A stretch of 62,991 nt of DNA, filler included, from Octopus bimaculoides (taxonomy: Eukaryota), in assembly GCF_001194135.2 (NCBI RefSeq). It is 4 parts of 4 records of this genome, joined end to end, with 100 filler letters (N's around TTAATTAATTAA, not from the genome) between each part and the next. Parts side by side here need not be neighbours in the genome. Positions count along the whole stretch, not along the records: positions 24,191 to 45,923 come from NC_068985.1; positions 46,024 to 58,916 come from NC_068984.1; 2 more parts are not named here. One strand, given 5' to 3'. Positions 33,634 to 46,029 of the stretch are shown in pieces (the stretch's first letter is position 1; each line of letters begins with the position of its first letter). A program made the translations under genes and the position numbers. Under the pieces are notes generated by a model, which ran no database searches, was not told where the DNA came from, and worked only from the letters and a program-made list of their open reading frames with translations.

Positions 33634-33772
33634 TTGATCTGAGGAATACACTGGTGCTGAGACCTTCGGCGGCAGTTGTTTACCAAATTGCTAAATTAAA
33701 TATTAAGCGATTCTATGCAATATTATTTGTTATTTGCTTTATTATATTTATTACAATAATGCCTTGTCGACT
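33634..33772 (+). CDS. Candidate 139-nt exon ending in a transmembrane helix
   Basis: Very strong acceptor (about 40 nt mostly pyrimidines, then caaacAG); open frame DLRNTLVLRPSAAVVYQIAKLNIKRFYAILFVICFIIFITIMPCR; donor CT|GTGAGG. Confidence 0.4.
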
Positions 33773-33976
33773 GTGAGGACATCTGATGTTGCACAAAATT
33801 CACACACACACGTTATACATACACATGTATGTCTACATATATGTGTGTGTATCTCTCTTTCTCTCTCTCCCTCCCTCTCTCCCGCAATATATATATATAT
33901 ATATATATAAATAAATTTCTATGTATATTTATATACGATCTCAGCCTCAAGCTGAAACCAATAGCACATAAAACAA

Positions 33977-34060
<84 letters not shown>

Positions 34061-35187
34061 GTATATGCGTGCGTGGCGGGGGGAGCACACGCATGGCTCT
34101 GTGGTAAGAAGTTTACTTCCAAATAACATGNNNNNNNNNNNNNNNNNNNNNNNNNNNNNNNNNNNNNNNNNNNNNNNNNNNNNNNNNNNNNNNNNNNNNN
34201 NNNNNNNNNNNNNNNNNNNNNNNNNNNNNNNNNNNNNNNNNNNNNNNNNNNNNNNNNNNNNNNNNNNNNNNNNNNNNNNNNNNNNNNNNNNNNNNNNNNN
34301 NNNNNNNNNNNNNNNNNNNNNNNNNNNNNNNNNNNNNNNNNNNNNNNNNNNNNNNNNNNNNNNNNNNNNNNNNNNNNNNNNNNNNNNNNNNNNNNNNNNN
34401 NNNNNNNNNNNNNNNNNNNNNNNNNNNNNNNNNNNNNNNNNNNNNNNNNNNNNNNNNNNNNNNNNNNNNNNNNNNNNNNNNNNNNNNNNNNNNNNNNNNN
34501 NNNNNNNNNNNNNNNNNNNNNNNNNNNNNNNNNNNNNNNNNNNNNNNNNNNNNNNNNNNNNNNNNNNNNNNNNNNNNNNNNNNNNNNNNNNNNNNNNNNN
34601 NNNNNNNNNNNNNNNNNNNNNNNNNNNNNNNNNNNNNNNNNNNNNNNNNNNNNNNNNNNNNNNNNNNNNNNNNNNNNNNNNNNNNNNNNNNNNNNNNNNN
34701 NNNNNNNNNNNNNNNNNNNNNNNNNNNNNNNNNNNNNNNNNNNNNNNNNNNNNNNNNNNNNNNNNNNNNNNNATATATATATATATATATATATATATAA
34801 CATTAAAATTGAACCTCAATTTTGCTTGCTTGCAATGTTACACAGCCAAGCCGGCACATAATGGGAAAATACTTTGAAAGTAAAGTGCCCCAGAAATGTG
34901 AATACAAACGGAAAACAAGTTTCGCGTAAATCAGACCAGTGGTTATTGAGATATTCGGTCTTCGGGAGGTATAAATACCCAAAACGGTGCATAATGGGAA
35001 AATATTCCGAAAATAACTTAAGCCTGAAAGGGAAGAAACTCTACCCTTTACATTAGATACATTACGATGTGCAAAATATTTGTATGTGAAAATGACTTTA
35101 AAAATACGGTAAATATTTCGTAAAAGACCCGTTCATAACCTCGGTGTGAAATGTACTTTCGAGTACGTTCAACGTATCTCACCTCCA

Positions 35188-35305
35188 AAGATTTGGCTGC
35201 TATTTCTAGTACACCCTGCTACTACGTAACAGCTATTTGCGATAAAAGGACCCGAAATACCTGTTACGTGGTAGCAAGGTGTGCAAGATATAGCAGCCAA
35301 ATCTT
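35188..35305. repeat. Inverted repeat, 51-bp arms (45 of 51 Watson-Crick), 16-nt loop
   Basis: 35188-35238 versus 35255-35305 compared base by base. Confidence 0.95.
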
Positions 35306-35574
35306 CCCTTTTCTGGGGAAAGGAGCCGTTTACGTGTGATTTCGATGTCACATTCGTTGAAAGCATGCGAAATAAGCTGGGGGGAAAAACCTACGAAAAA
35401 GAAATTCCATTGCTAGGAAACTCAGACTTTCACGGTATCTTGAATTATTGGAGACTTAACGGGTCCTGGATAGTCTAGTATACATATATAATACACGCGC
35501 GCTTACACACACGCACACACTTACGAACTGCGATCACGTCGGTCACTCAGTTCTTTTTCGAACTGAATCTCTTT

Positions 35575-36170
35575 TCTCTCTTTTCCTTGTTTCAGTCATT
35601 TGACTGTGGCCATGCTGGAGCACCGCCTTTAGTCGAGCAAATCGACCCCAGGACTTATTCTTTGGAAGCCTAGTACTTATTCTATCGGTCTCTTTTGCCG
35701 AACCGCTAAGTTACGGGGACGTAAACACACCAGCATCGGTTGTCAAGCGATGTTGGGGGCACAAACAGACACACAAACATATACACACACATACATACAT
35801 AAGACACCATTTCGAGCGTGGCCGTTTTCGTGCGGGTGACACGTAAAAGCACCCACTACACTTTCTGAGTGGTTGGCGTTAGGAAGGGCATCCAGCTGTA
35901 GAAACTCTGCCAAATTAGACTGGAGCCTGGTGTTGCCATCCGGTTTCACCAGTCCTCAGTCAAATCGTCCAACCCATGCTAGCATGGAAAGCGGACGTTA
36001 AACGATGATGATGATGATGATATATGACGGGCTTCTTTCAGTTTCCGTCTACCAAATTCACTCACAAGGCTTTGGTCGGCCCGAGACTATAGTAAAAGAC
36101 ACTTGCCCAAGGTGCTACGCAGTGGGACTGAACACGGAACCATGAGGTTGGTAAGAAAGCTACTTACCAC
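35575..36170 (-). mobile_element. SINE family B host element
   Basis: Tail at 35575-35790 and head at 36020-36170 are collinear with 27193. Confidence 0.88.
35800..36020 (+). mobile_element. Nested SINE family D 3' portion
   Basis: ggttggcgttaggaagggcatccagctgtagaaa..catggaaagcggacgttaaac(gat)n inserted in the host microsatellite. Confidence 0.8.
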
Positions 36171-36183
36171 TTGCGGGAACATC

Positions 36184-36321
36184 TACAATGAGTTACTTAC
36201 ACATCTCAGATTCGTAGATGACATCGTAATCATCGCCGAAACTACAAATTAACTGCAGGCCATACTGACCAGGACTTCAGCAGTAGGCCTTAAAATGAAC
36301 TGCACGAAAACAAAATACATG
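36184..36321 (+). mobile_element. RTE-clade reverse transcriptase fragment
   Basis: YNELLTHLRFVDDIVIIAETTN*LQAILTRTSAVGLKMNCTKTKYM (FADD-type catalytic motif). Confidence 0.85.
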
Positions 36322-36854
36322 CGGCCCGAAAAACATAGAACAAAACAAGCATAAGCAGCTACTAACTCAATAGATACAAAGAACGGGAATTTTTTGTTAA
36401 TTAATCCAAATTAGAAAAGAAAATATTCCGATGGAACTTCGTCTTCCCATTTTAATCCACGTCCTAAACAAGGCTGGAGATGCAAATGTTATGGGAGTGT
36501 GGGTGGCAATCAGATGCTAGAGACCAGCGCAGGGTTAAACATTAAGCAAAATAAGCATATGTTTAGGGGCATCAAAGAAAGGCGAGCACCACAGAAATGG
36601 TAAATGGTTTACGGTACAAAAGAAATCACTTTAAACTTGCTAAGATAATATTCGGAGTGGTTTATATGATAGGAAATATAATTTCGAAGTGTTTATATAA
36701 TTTTGAAACGTTTCAAAGACTTTACAATTAAAAGAAGTAGAAAACTTTTCAAATATAAAGTGGAAGTATACAAAAATAAACATTATTTTCCATCTTATTC
36801 TGAGTTTTGTTTCATTTCAAAAAATAATAATTTATTTTATGGTTTATTATTACT

Positions 36855-36995
36855 CTCTTTTACTCTTTTACTTGTTTCAGTCAAGGCATTGGTCGGCCCG
36901 AGGCTATAGTAGAAGACACTTGCCCAAGGTGCTACACAGTGGGACTGAACCCGGAACCATGTGGTTGGTAAGCAAGCTACTTACCACACAGCCAT
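36855..36995 (-). mobile_element. SINE family B, head fused to tail (internal deletion)
   Basis: tactcttttacttgtttcagtc joined directly to aaggcattggtcggcccgagg. Confidence 0.8.
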
Positions 36996-37025
36996 TCCTA
37001 TTGTTAATATTTTGAATTACATATA

Positions 37026-37694
37026 CAGACTGTCCTCATTTAACGACCGAGTTACGTTCCAACAGCCCTGTCAAGCAAATTCGTCGTTAAACGAATATTC
37101 ATGGGGCACGTATTTTTTTTTTTTTATGGGTATAGTGTACTGTACGTACATATAAAAACAGAATACCGTACTGTATAAAGTATATGCAGTACAGGGCCAA
37201 GAATCACTGACATAAATTGTTGAAAAATGAATAAGTAACAGTAATATTATCACAAGGAAAACCTTAAAAGTTAGGATATGGATACAGTATTATTGTAGCT
37301 CAGACACCGTAAGTATGTCTGTGATTCCAGACCCAGTACATAAGATGCCTAATAAACTTTTCTCAGGATTATGTAGAAAAGGTGAAAAGGTTTAAAGGAA
37401 ACTCAAACATAATAACTTTGTTTTACTTTGGATAAAGATTACAAAAGCAACTCATTCTTGACATCAAAATGCATGAAAAATCCCGTCAGTGTTGTTTGCT
37501 TTGTTATCTTCTTTCTTTTTTTTTTTGTCATAAATTTCTCGATAACATCGGAAAAGTTCAGTTGTCTGCCTTTCCACCTTGGAAAATCGCTCAAAATTTG
37601 GATCCATTGCTTCAAGTTCTATTTTGTAAAATATGTAATGACGACTTGTAAAGTTCGTCGTAACTCCGAGTGGTCGTTAAATGAGGACAGTCTG
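37026..37694. mobile_element. pogo/Tigger-like non-autonomous element
   Basis: Perfect 23-bp TIRs cagactgtcctcatttaacgacc and ggtcgttaaatgaggacagtctg, TA on both flanks. Confidence 0.92.
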
Positions 37695-37852
37695 TATATA
37701 TATGTGGCCGGTGTGTTTTCTGTGCTCTGTTTATCATTTTGTCCACGTTTTTTTTTTGCAATGTCCTGTACCCAGATATGCATCTATATATACATGTAGA
37801 TGTAGGTATGTACATACATGTACGTATATATGTATATACTCACATATTATTT

Positions 37853-37905
<53 letters not shown>

Positions 37906-38224
37906 TGGGGCACCGAAATCTTTTAAGTGCTTAGGGTCCTATGGGATTTAATCTAACTATAGAGGTTCTAAGGGATGAGCGTATGTAGATCCTTTGTATG
38001 TATTTCGGTGGGGGAGTTTTCCCCCTGCTTTCCGAATCTTCTTGTAGCAGGGTCAGCTACAGACGAGAAACTAGAACACAGCTACATAAATTACAGTTTC
38101 GATATAAGAATTGATATGAAATTTTGAGGATGAGAAAAATCCGCCAATGCAATTTTGAAGAGAAGAAAGTCAACAACAACCACTAATATGATGTTAGATA
38201 AAGAAACAGAGATAAGAGAGACCA

Positions 38225-38987
38225 AACACAGACTTACAAATATTTAGGAATTAATGAGCTAGAGAGAGAAAGAGAGAGAGAGTTAGAAAGAGAAAGAGTA
38301 CAGCACAAACACACACAGATGAAACAAAGAAGTTGGGAAGGTATATTATATAGGTATTAGATTAATACTTAAAACAGAACTAAATGCAAAAACTTAGGTA
38401 ACAGGTATCGATACCCAAGTGGTTTCAGTAATAAGTTATAGATATAATATTTTCAACTGCAAACTATGTGAATTAGCAAAACAGAAAGATTATACACAGA
38501 GATATGGATTTTCTGCGACGAGAAAATTATTTAAAAAAAATATTAACTGCATGACCACAAAAATAGAAAAAATATCTAGGAAAGAATATAGGAGTGGGGG
38601 GGGGGAAACGAATAGCTAGAAAAAAAAATAACTAAACATTTCTGTTTTGGTCTTGTGTTTGTTTTTTGACTTCGGGGTAGATGGAAAAACAAGAACGAGA
38701 AAAATCATTAAATGTCTAAAAAAACTAAACCAAAAAATGGAATTACAAAAAAGTTTTGGAAATACAATGGTAAGAAAAACCTTTATGTGGCCAACACCTC
38801 GACTGTCTGAACAACGCGAANNNNNNNNNNNNNNNNNNNNNNNNNNNNNNNNNNNNNNNNNNNNNNNNNNNNNNNNNNNNNNNNNNNNNNNNNNNNNNNN
38901 NNNNNNNNNNNNNNNNNNNNNNNNNNNNNNNNNNNNNNNNNNNNNNNNNNNNNNNNNNNNNNNNNNNNNNNNNNNNNNNNNNNNNNN

Positions 38988-39018
<31 letters not shown>

Positions 39019-40319
39019 TGTGTGTACGTACCCCTATCGTCACTTGACAACCGATGTTGGCGTGTTTACGTCCCCGTAAACTTAGCGGTTCGGCAAAAGA
39101 GACCGATAGAATATAAGTACTACGCTTACAAAGATTAAGTCCTGGGGTCCATTTCTTCGACTAAAGGCGGTGCCCCAGCATGGCCGCAGTCAAATGACTG
39201 AAACAAATAAACGAATAAAAGAATAGTGGCACAAGACCAGCCTCCTTGCTGAAATCTACGGAAAATGTATAATGAAACAGCACACATGGCTGTCCAGGCT
39301 CAACTAAAAGAGAACGTGTGTGTGTGTGTGTGTGCATACATTAAAATGAAGCAGTTTTGGTGAAGCCTTGTGAGGAATATCTTTAAAGAGATTTGTTGTG
39401 TAAAGCCGGAACAATGCAAGAAGGTACAATGTAAACTACAAAAGAAGAAGAAAAGTAAAGTAAGCTGCAGTTTTACCTTGTGTTCCTATATTTCGGGGGT
39501 CACGNNNNNNNNNNNNNNNNNNNNNNNNNNNNNNNNNNNNNNNNNNNNNNNNNNNNNNNNNNNNNNNNNNNNNNNNNNNNNNNNNNNNNNNNNNNNNNNN
39601 NNNNNNNNNNNNNNNNNNNNNNNNNNNNNNNNNNNNNNNNNNNNNNNNNNNNNNNNNNNNNNNNNNNNNNNNNNNNNNNNNNNNNNNNNNNNNNNNNNNN
39701 NNNNNNNNNNNNNNNNNNNNNNNNNNNNNNNNNNNNNNNNNNNNNNNNNNNNNNNNNNNNNNNNNNNNNNNNNNNNNNNNNNNNNNNNNNNNNNNNNNNN
39801 NNNNNNNNNNNNNNNNNNNNNNNNNNNNNNNNNNNNNNNNNNNNNNNNNNNNNNNNNNNNNNNNNNNNNNNNNNNNNNNNNNNNNNNNNNNNNNNNNNNN
39901 NNNNNNNNNNNNNNNNNNNNNNNNNNNNNNNNNNNNNNNNNNNNNNNNNNNNNNNNNNNNNNNNNNNNNNNNNNNNNNNNNNNNNNNNNNNNNNNNNNNN
40001 NNNNNNNNNNNNNNNNNNNNNNNNNNNNNNNNNNNNNNNNNNNNNNNNNNNNNNNNNNNNNNNNNNNNNNNNNNNNNNNNNNNNNNNNNNNNNNNNNNNN
40101 NNNNNNNNNNNNNNNNNNNNNNNNNNNNNNNNNNNNNNNNNNNNNNNNNNNNNNNNNNNNNNNNNNNNNNNNNNNNNNNNNNNNNNNNNNNNNNNNNNNN
40201 NNNNNNNNNNNNNNNNNNNNNNNNNNNNNNNNNNNNNNNNNNNNNNNNNNNNNNNNNNNNNNNNNNNNNNNNNNNNNNNNNNNNNNNNNNNNNNNNNNNN
40301 NNNNNNNNNNNNNNNNNNN

Positions 40320-40369
<50 letters not shown>

Positions 40370-40930
40370 TGTATGTATGCATGTATATATGTATGTATAC
40401 AAACACGTAGATATACACACATACTCATACAGCTATGACATAATATACACGCCTGATGATAAAGGTGAAACTTTCTTACACAGGAAAATAGGCCAACATT
40501 ATGAATAAAATGCTCAACAGAAAAGAGATGCTACAAACATACATACAATTAGTCACAGAAAAATAACAAAATGACCATTGTATGAGATATACCAAGTCTC
40601 TTAATCGATTTATTGCTTCTAATAAAGGCACTATTTCTCTCTAAATGAAATGGAAAGACTATATAAATATCAAGCTTTGGCGATAAAGGTAACCAGAATG
40701 TGGGGATTGTAGACAGAAACAACCCTTAGAATAATGCATGCTTTGTGAATTATTTACAGAAAAAAACAGAAGCAACTACATAGTGAAAACGCCAAAACTG
40801 AGGCAATTTCAATTCAAGAAAAACTCGTGAACAAAACAAATAGTGCAAATACCCACAAGGGGAATAACAGGACGGTGTGCAGTGGTTGTTAAGTATGCAA
40901 TGAAAAGATGGCTGCTGGAATAATAATAAT
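38225..40930 (+). mobile_element. Old fragmented R4/Dong-type retrotransposon (RT end to RLE), interrupted by a SINE and gaps
   Basis: Collinear QTYKYLGINE, IRLILKTELNAK, FLHRKIGQHYE, EMERLYKYQALAIKVTRMWGL; ends in (TAA)n. Confidence 0.75.
38990..39220 (+). mobile_element. SINE family B 3' half
   Basis: cttgacaaccgatgttggcgtgtttacgtccccg..ggccgcagtcaaatgactgaaac. Confidence 0.85.
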
Positions 40931-41152
40931 AATAATGGCTTCGAAATTTGCCACAAGGGCAGTAATTTTGGGGGAAGGGATGAGTCGATTACATTGGCTC
41001 CAGTGCTCAGCTGGTACTTAATTTATCGACCCTGAAAGGATGAAAGGTAAAGTCGACCTCAGCGGAATTTGAAGTCAGAACGTAGCGAAGGGCGAAATGC
41101 CGCTATGCATTTCGTCCAGTGCGCTAACGATTCTGCCAGTTCACCGCCTTTA
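40925..41152 (-). mobile_element. SINE family A
   Basis: gtcgacctcagcggaatttgaagtcagaacg..ctgccagttcaccgcctt. Confidence 0.85.
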
Positions 41153-41404
41153 TGNNNNNNNNNNNNNNNNNNNNNNNNNNNNNNNNNNNNNNNNNNNNNN
41201 NNNNNNNNNNNNNNNNNNNNNNNNNNNNNNNNNNNNNNNNNNNNNNNNNNNNNNNNNNNNNNNNNNNNNNNNNNNNNNNNNNNNNNNNNNNNNNNNNNNN
41301 NNNNNNNNNNNNNNNNNNNNNNNNNNNNNNNNNNNNNNNNNNNNNNNNNNNNNNNNNNNNNNNNNNNNNNNNNNNNNNNNNNNNNNNNNNNNNNNNNNNN
41401 NNNN

Positions 41405-41720
41405 ATACAAAGACCTGGAAATAGAGGTAACTCGAATGTGGAATCTAAAAACAGAAACAATTCCTATCATAGTAGGTGCCTTAGGTATGATAAAAAAATA
41501 TTCAGACAAATACATAACAAAAACACCAGGACTTACAAATATATATAACATACAGAAAATTGCACTACTGGGTACTGCACACATTCTACGCAAAACACTT
41601 TCAATACAGTAAACATAAGAGCACCACAGCAAACCACAGCACATACTCAAGGCACACAGAGTTGCGCTCGGTAGTGAAGTGAAAGCACGTTATAAAAATA
41701 AAACTACTGAACAAGAATAA
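41405..41720 (+). mobile_element. R4/Dong-type RLE retrotransposon 3' end, subfamily 1
   Basis: YKDLEIEVTRMWNLKTETIPIIVGALGMIKK..IQKIALLGTAHILRKTLSIQ*, 3' UTR, (TAA)n. Confidence 0.88.
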
Positions 41721-41749
41721 TAATAATAATAATAATAGAGTCAAAATTA

Positions 41750-42045
41750 AAGGCAGCTACGAGAAACGAACATAACGGTTATCCCTATTGTCATCGGAGC
41801 ATTGAGTTCAATACCACCCGATCTGAAAAGAAAAAAAGCATCTGAAAACCTTAGAAATACCCTACAATCTAGGTGTATTGCAAAAGTCAGCATTCCTTGG
41901 AACTGCACGCATATTGCATAAAGTACTGTCTGTCTGAGATCCTTGTCGTGACTTGACAAACAGTACAAAACCCCGGTAGACACAATATCTTCAATCAACA
42001 ACCTCACAATATTGTATACTGTGTGACGTCTATAATAATAATAAT
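41750..42045 (+). mobile_element. R4/Dong-type RLE retrotransposon 3' end, subfamily 2
   Basis: QLRETNITVIPIVIGALSSIPPDL..LQKSAFLGTAHILHKVLSV*, 3' UTR, (TAA)n. Confidence 0.82.
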
Positions 42046-42097
42046 AATAATTATTATTATTATTATTATTATCATTATTATTATTATTAATCCTAGT

Positions 42098-42845
42098 TTA
42101 TTGGCCACAATATAAAATCAAAAACATGAAAGGACAAACACAGGACAATAAAAACAAAGGGTTTTGCGAAAAAGAAAATGTCCGTGTAAACATATGATAA
42201 CAAGAGAAAATGTAACAAGTAAAAAACTCCCAACAGGGGGAGGTGCTTTGAAAGGTTACTCGTGGAAAAACCCATAAAAGCCACCGGGAACCTGGTCAAA
42301 CGGGGTGGGAGCCCCTTCTCTTTTTATATTCCTTTTTTTTACAGGTGTAATCTCAGAATTGATCTGTTCATACTGGCCATTTTATTGGCATTCACCCACC
42401 TTTCAACAAATTTGCTACGAGCCAACACTTCCCTCTCTACTCTCACCTTCCTTTTCAAGTGGAACTTGAAAAAGCTGATGAGGCCTTGGCCAAAGAGGAA
42501 AGTGTTTGACTTTAGCCATTTCAAACGGGTCCACCATACCACCTCTTTCGCTACAGCCACCAGACAAATGAAAATTGCCTTGCCCTCCTGGTTAAAGGAG
42601 GTAGGTGGAGCAATCTTCACTATGGATTCAGCTGATAGCCAGATCCGTCCAGTAGCTGTTCGACATAAACCCACAGGTCTGTAATACTCGGGCACTGGAC
42701 GAGTGCGTGCAGAACGGTTTCGTCGCTCTGAGCGCACCTCGGGCAGGCCCGGCTGACGGAACTTCCGTGCCGGTAGAGTTTATCTCGAACAGGCAGCGCC
42801 GTTCGGTAGCACTGCCAGGCGAGGGACTTTTGGAAGTTACCCATG
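42098..42845 (-). mobile_element. Tx1/L1-clade LINE 3' end (zinc finger, C-terminus, 3' UTR)
   Basis: FQKSLAWQCYRTALPVRDKLYRHG..CPRCAQSDETVLHALVQC..AKEVVWWTRLK..FKFHLKRKVRVERE..ERW. Confidence 0.88.
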
Positions 42846-43106
42846 NNNNNNNNNNNNNNNNNNNNNNNNNNNNNNNNNNNNNNNNNNNNNNNNNNNNNNN
42901 NNNNNNNNNNNNNNNNNNNNNNNNNNNNNNNNNNNNNNNNNNNNNNNNNNNNNNNNNNNNNNNNNNNNNNNNNNNNNNNNNNNNNNNNNNNNNNNNNNNN
43001 NNNNNNNNNNNNNNNNNNNNNNNNNNNNNNNNNNNNNNNNNNNNNNNNNNNNNNNNNNNNNNNNNNNNNNNNNNNNNNNNNNNCTATAAAACGCTAATAA
43101 TAATAA

Positions 43107-43440
43107 TAATAATAAGACCTGGAAATAGAGATAACTCGAATGTGGAGTCTAAAAACAGAAACAATTCCTATCATAGTAGGTGCCTTAGGTATAATAAAAA
43201 AATATTCAGACAAATACATAACAAAAACACCAGGACTTACAAATATATATAACATACAGAAAATTGCACTACTGGGCACAGCACACATCCTACGCAAAAC
43301 ACTTTCAATACAGTAAACATAAGAGCACCACAGCAAACCACAGCACATACCCAAGGCGCACAGAGCTGCGCTCGGTAGTGAAGTGAAAGCACGTTATAAA
43401 AATAAAACTACTGAACAATAATAATAATGATAATAATAAT
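43107..43440 (+). mobile_element. R4/Dong-type subfamily 1, second copy, inside (TAA)n
   Basis: Near-identical to 41410-41720; (TAA)n on both sides. Confidence 0.88.
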
Positions 43441-44989
43441 TTTGAAACAAGTCCAGCAATTTTGAAGGACATGGGCTAGTCATTTACATGGATCCCAAAA
43501 AGTGTGAAAGACAAAGTTGATCCCCTGAGAATTTAATCTCAGAACGTAAAGAGCCGGAGGAAATGCCAGTAAGCATTTTGTCCAGGATACTATCAACCGA
43601 CCCCTGTACATGACTGGCACTTGCATCTTATTAACCCCGGAGGGGGTGAAAGTCAAAGTTAACCTCAGTGGGATTTGAACTCATAATGTTAAAGATCCAG
43701 AACAAGTACTGAATGCAACGCTTTCTTTCTGAACCTCTAACAATCCTGCCCGCTCACCACCATGATAATCGTATTTTCGTGTAGCAAAAAGACAGTTTAT
43801 CTTTGACTGTCGTTGCGTTACTTGAGTCCATAGCAACAGATGAGTGTTCCTAGAAGTTCATTGTTAGTCAAACACTTATTCTATTAGAAGATGTTTGTTT
43901 CTTTCCAACATTCAGCACAATTTATATTTTATTTCATAATTTATTATTATTGTTGCCGTTGTTTTCCTTCTTCTTCTTCTTCTTCTTGTTAATATTACTA
44001 GCAGTATCCATGGAAATTCCACAGCCCATTTTGTAGTACAACGTCAGCCATAAACGTCTCCCCACTCGGTAATAATAATCCTGTCATTTCCTTCGCAATC
44101 CTTTGATTAATTTCAAGAGAATCTTGTTTATCCTCTTCGATCATGTATTCTCCTTCAAGCCCGTATTTTTTTCCTTTTTCTTTTTTCATCCTGGCTTCTG
44201 CAAAATATTTTTGCCTATCATCATCATTCATATTTCGCCTTCTTTCTTGATTAACAATCTTTATTCTTTCCTATTAGCCCCAGTTTCGTCGTTCACCATA
44301 CGACACCTTTTGGCTTTATTCCCTGCATTAATTTCATTCCTTCTTGCTGAGTTAATGCTTCTCAACGTCCCCGATTCTCCTCCCTTTGTTCTTAATTCTT
44401 ATTTCTTCTTGTTCTTTTCCCAATCTTTTCCTGTACCTTCCCCACTTCTTTTTGGTTCAATTTTCGCTGTCATGCCCTATGATCATTGTCGTAACACACC
44501 AAACTCTATTTCGCCAATAAAATATTTTTTTAAGAAACGCTCGATATTATATAGATGGTAACCCCCTACACCCAGGATATACCGTAAGATACCTTTTGTG
44601 ACGGAAGTTAGAAACCCAGTTAATATACGGATAATAAAGCAGATGTTCAATCCTCAAGGCACTGATTTGCTCTAAGACGCATGCGTGATATCTTCAGGTA
44701 AATGGTAAGAAAGTCAAACAAATGCTACCAGCATGTGAATACATACACACACTCACACACATACAAACAGTAATGGCATGTGCACATACACACAAATACC
44801 TCGTGGAATTCTATTAGCTAACAAAATGAACCTGACTAATGTATGGTTTTCGAAATCATTTCTATGCAAACCTCTACTATTTTAACCAAGATCATTTCAT
44901 GCAGCCCTTTATTTGCCCTGAAGGACCAGGGTTACTACTACTACTACTACTACTACTGTTGTTGTTTCTCAGTTTTTAATCTTCATTAT

Positions 44990-45420
44990 TCCTTTCTACT
45001 CTAGTCAGAAAGCCCAAAATTTTTGGGTAGAGGGCCAGTTGATTAGATCGACCCCAGTATGCAACTGGTACTTAATTTATTGACTCTGAAAGGATGAATG
45101 GCAAAGTCAACCTCGAGGAGTTTGAACTCAGAACATAAAGACAGACGAAATACCTCTGAGCATTTCGGCCGGCGTGCTAACCCCTCTGCCAGCTCGCTGG
45201 CTTAAAATATTCTTTTCTACTCTAGGCACAAGGCCCGAAATTTCGGTGGAGGGGGGGGGCCAATCAATTAGATCGATCCCAGTATGCAACTGGTACTTAA
45301 TTTATCGACCCCAAATGGATGAAAGACAAAATTGACCTTGGCAGAGTTTGAACTCAGAACATAAAGACACGAAATACTGTTAAGCATTTCGCCCGGCGTG
45401 CTAACCCCTCTGCCAGCTCT
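44990..45420 (-). mobile_element. Two tandem family A SINEs (44990-45205, 45210-45420)
   Basis: Both carry gatcgaccccagtatgcaactggtacttaatttat and ggcgtgctaacccctctgccagctc. Confidence 0.85.
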
Positions 45421-46029
45421 TTCACTCTTCATTATTCAGCTGCTGTGGTTGTTGTTGTTGTTGCCATGGTTATTGTTGCCATAGTTGTTGTTGCTACTGT
45501 TGTTGTTGCTGAGCTGCAAGTCAGCAACCCTGATAGAACAGACCTACGATCAAAAGTACTCCAGCCTGACCATTCCATCTATGTCGTCAGACACACAGTA
45601 TCTACGACTCTATCATTCAATAAGTCTATTTAAAGAAAAAAAAAAAAAAAGACTGCAGAGTATTGATTTGAGTAAGACTTCGTTGCTATTTCTGGCAGGT
45701 CAAGCCACCACACAGACTTCCTCATTGACACATTATCTTTCATCAGATTTTGCTCACCCAAAGTCAACCCCGAGTGAATAAATGTATAGTTAAAGGCATT
45801 CCTAACATGACCATCACCTTAATATTAGGGGCATAAAGGATCCCATTATTTAATATGCCAAGCATGTTACAACCTACTTATAAAGGTAGAAATTCCAGGG
45901 TTTAGTGAAATGTTTTTGTATGANNNNNNNNNNNNNNNNNNNNNNNNNNNNNNNNNNNNNNNNNNNNTTAATTAATTAANNNNNNNNNNNNNNNNNNNNN
46001 NNNNNNNNNNNNNNNNNNNNNNNCGTACC

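Noticed and set aside
43998-44520. Charged minus-strand ORF that might be a LINE ORF1-ORF2 junction
   Set aside because: No intact zinc knuckle or endonuclease motif; purine bias alone explains the composition
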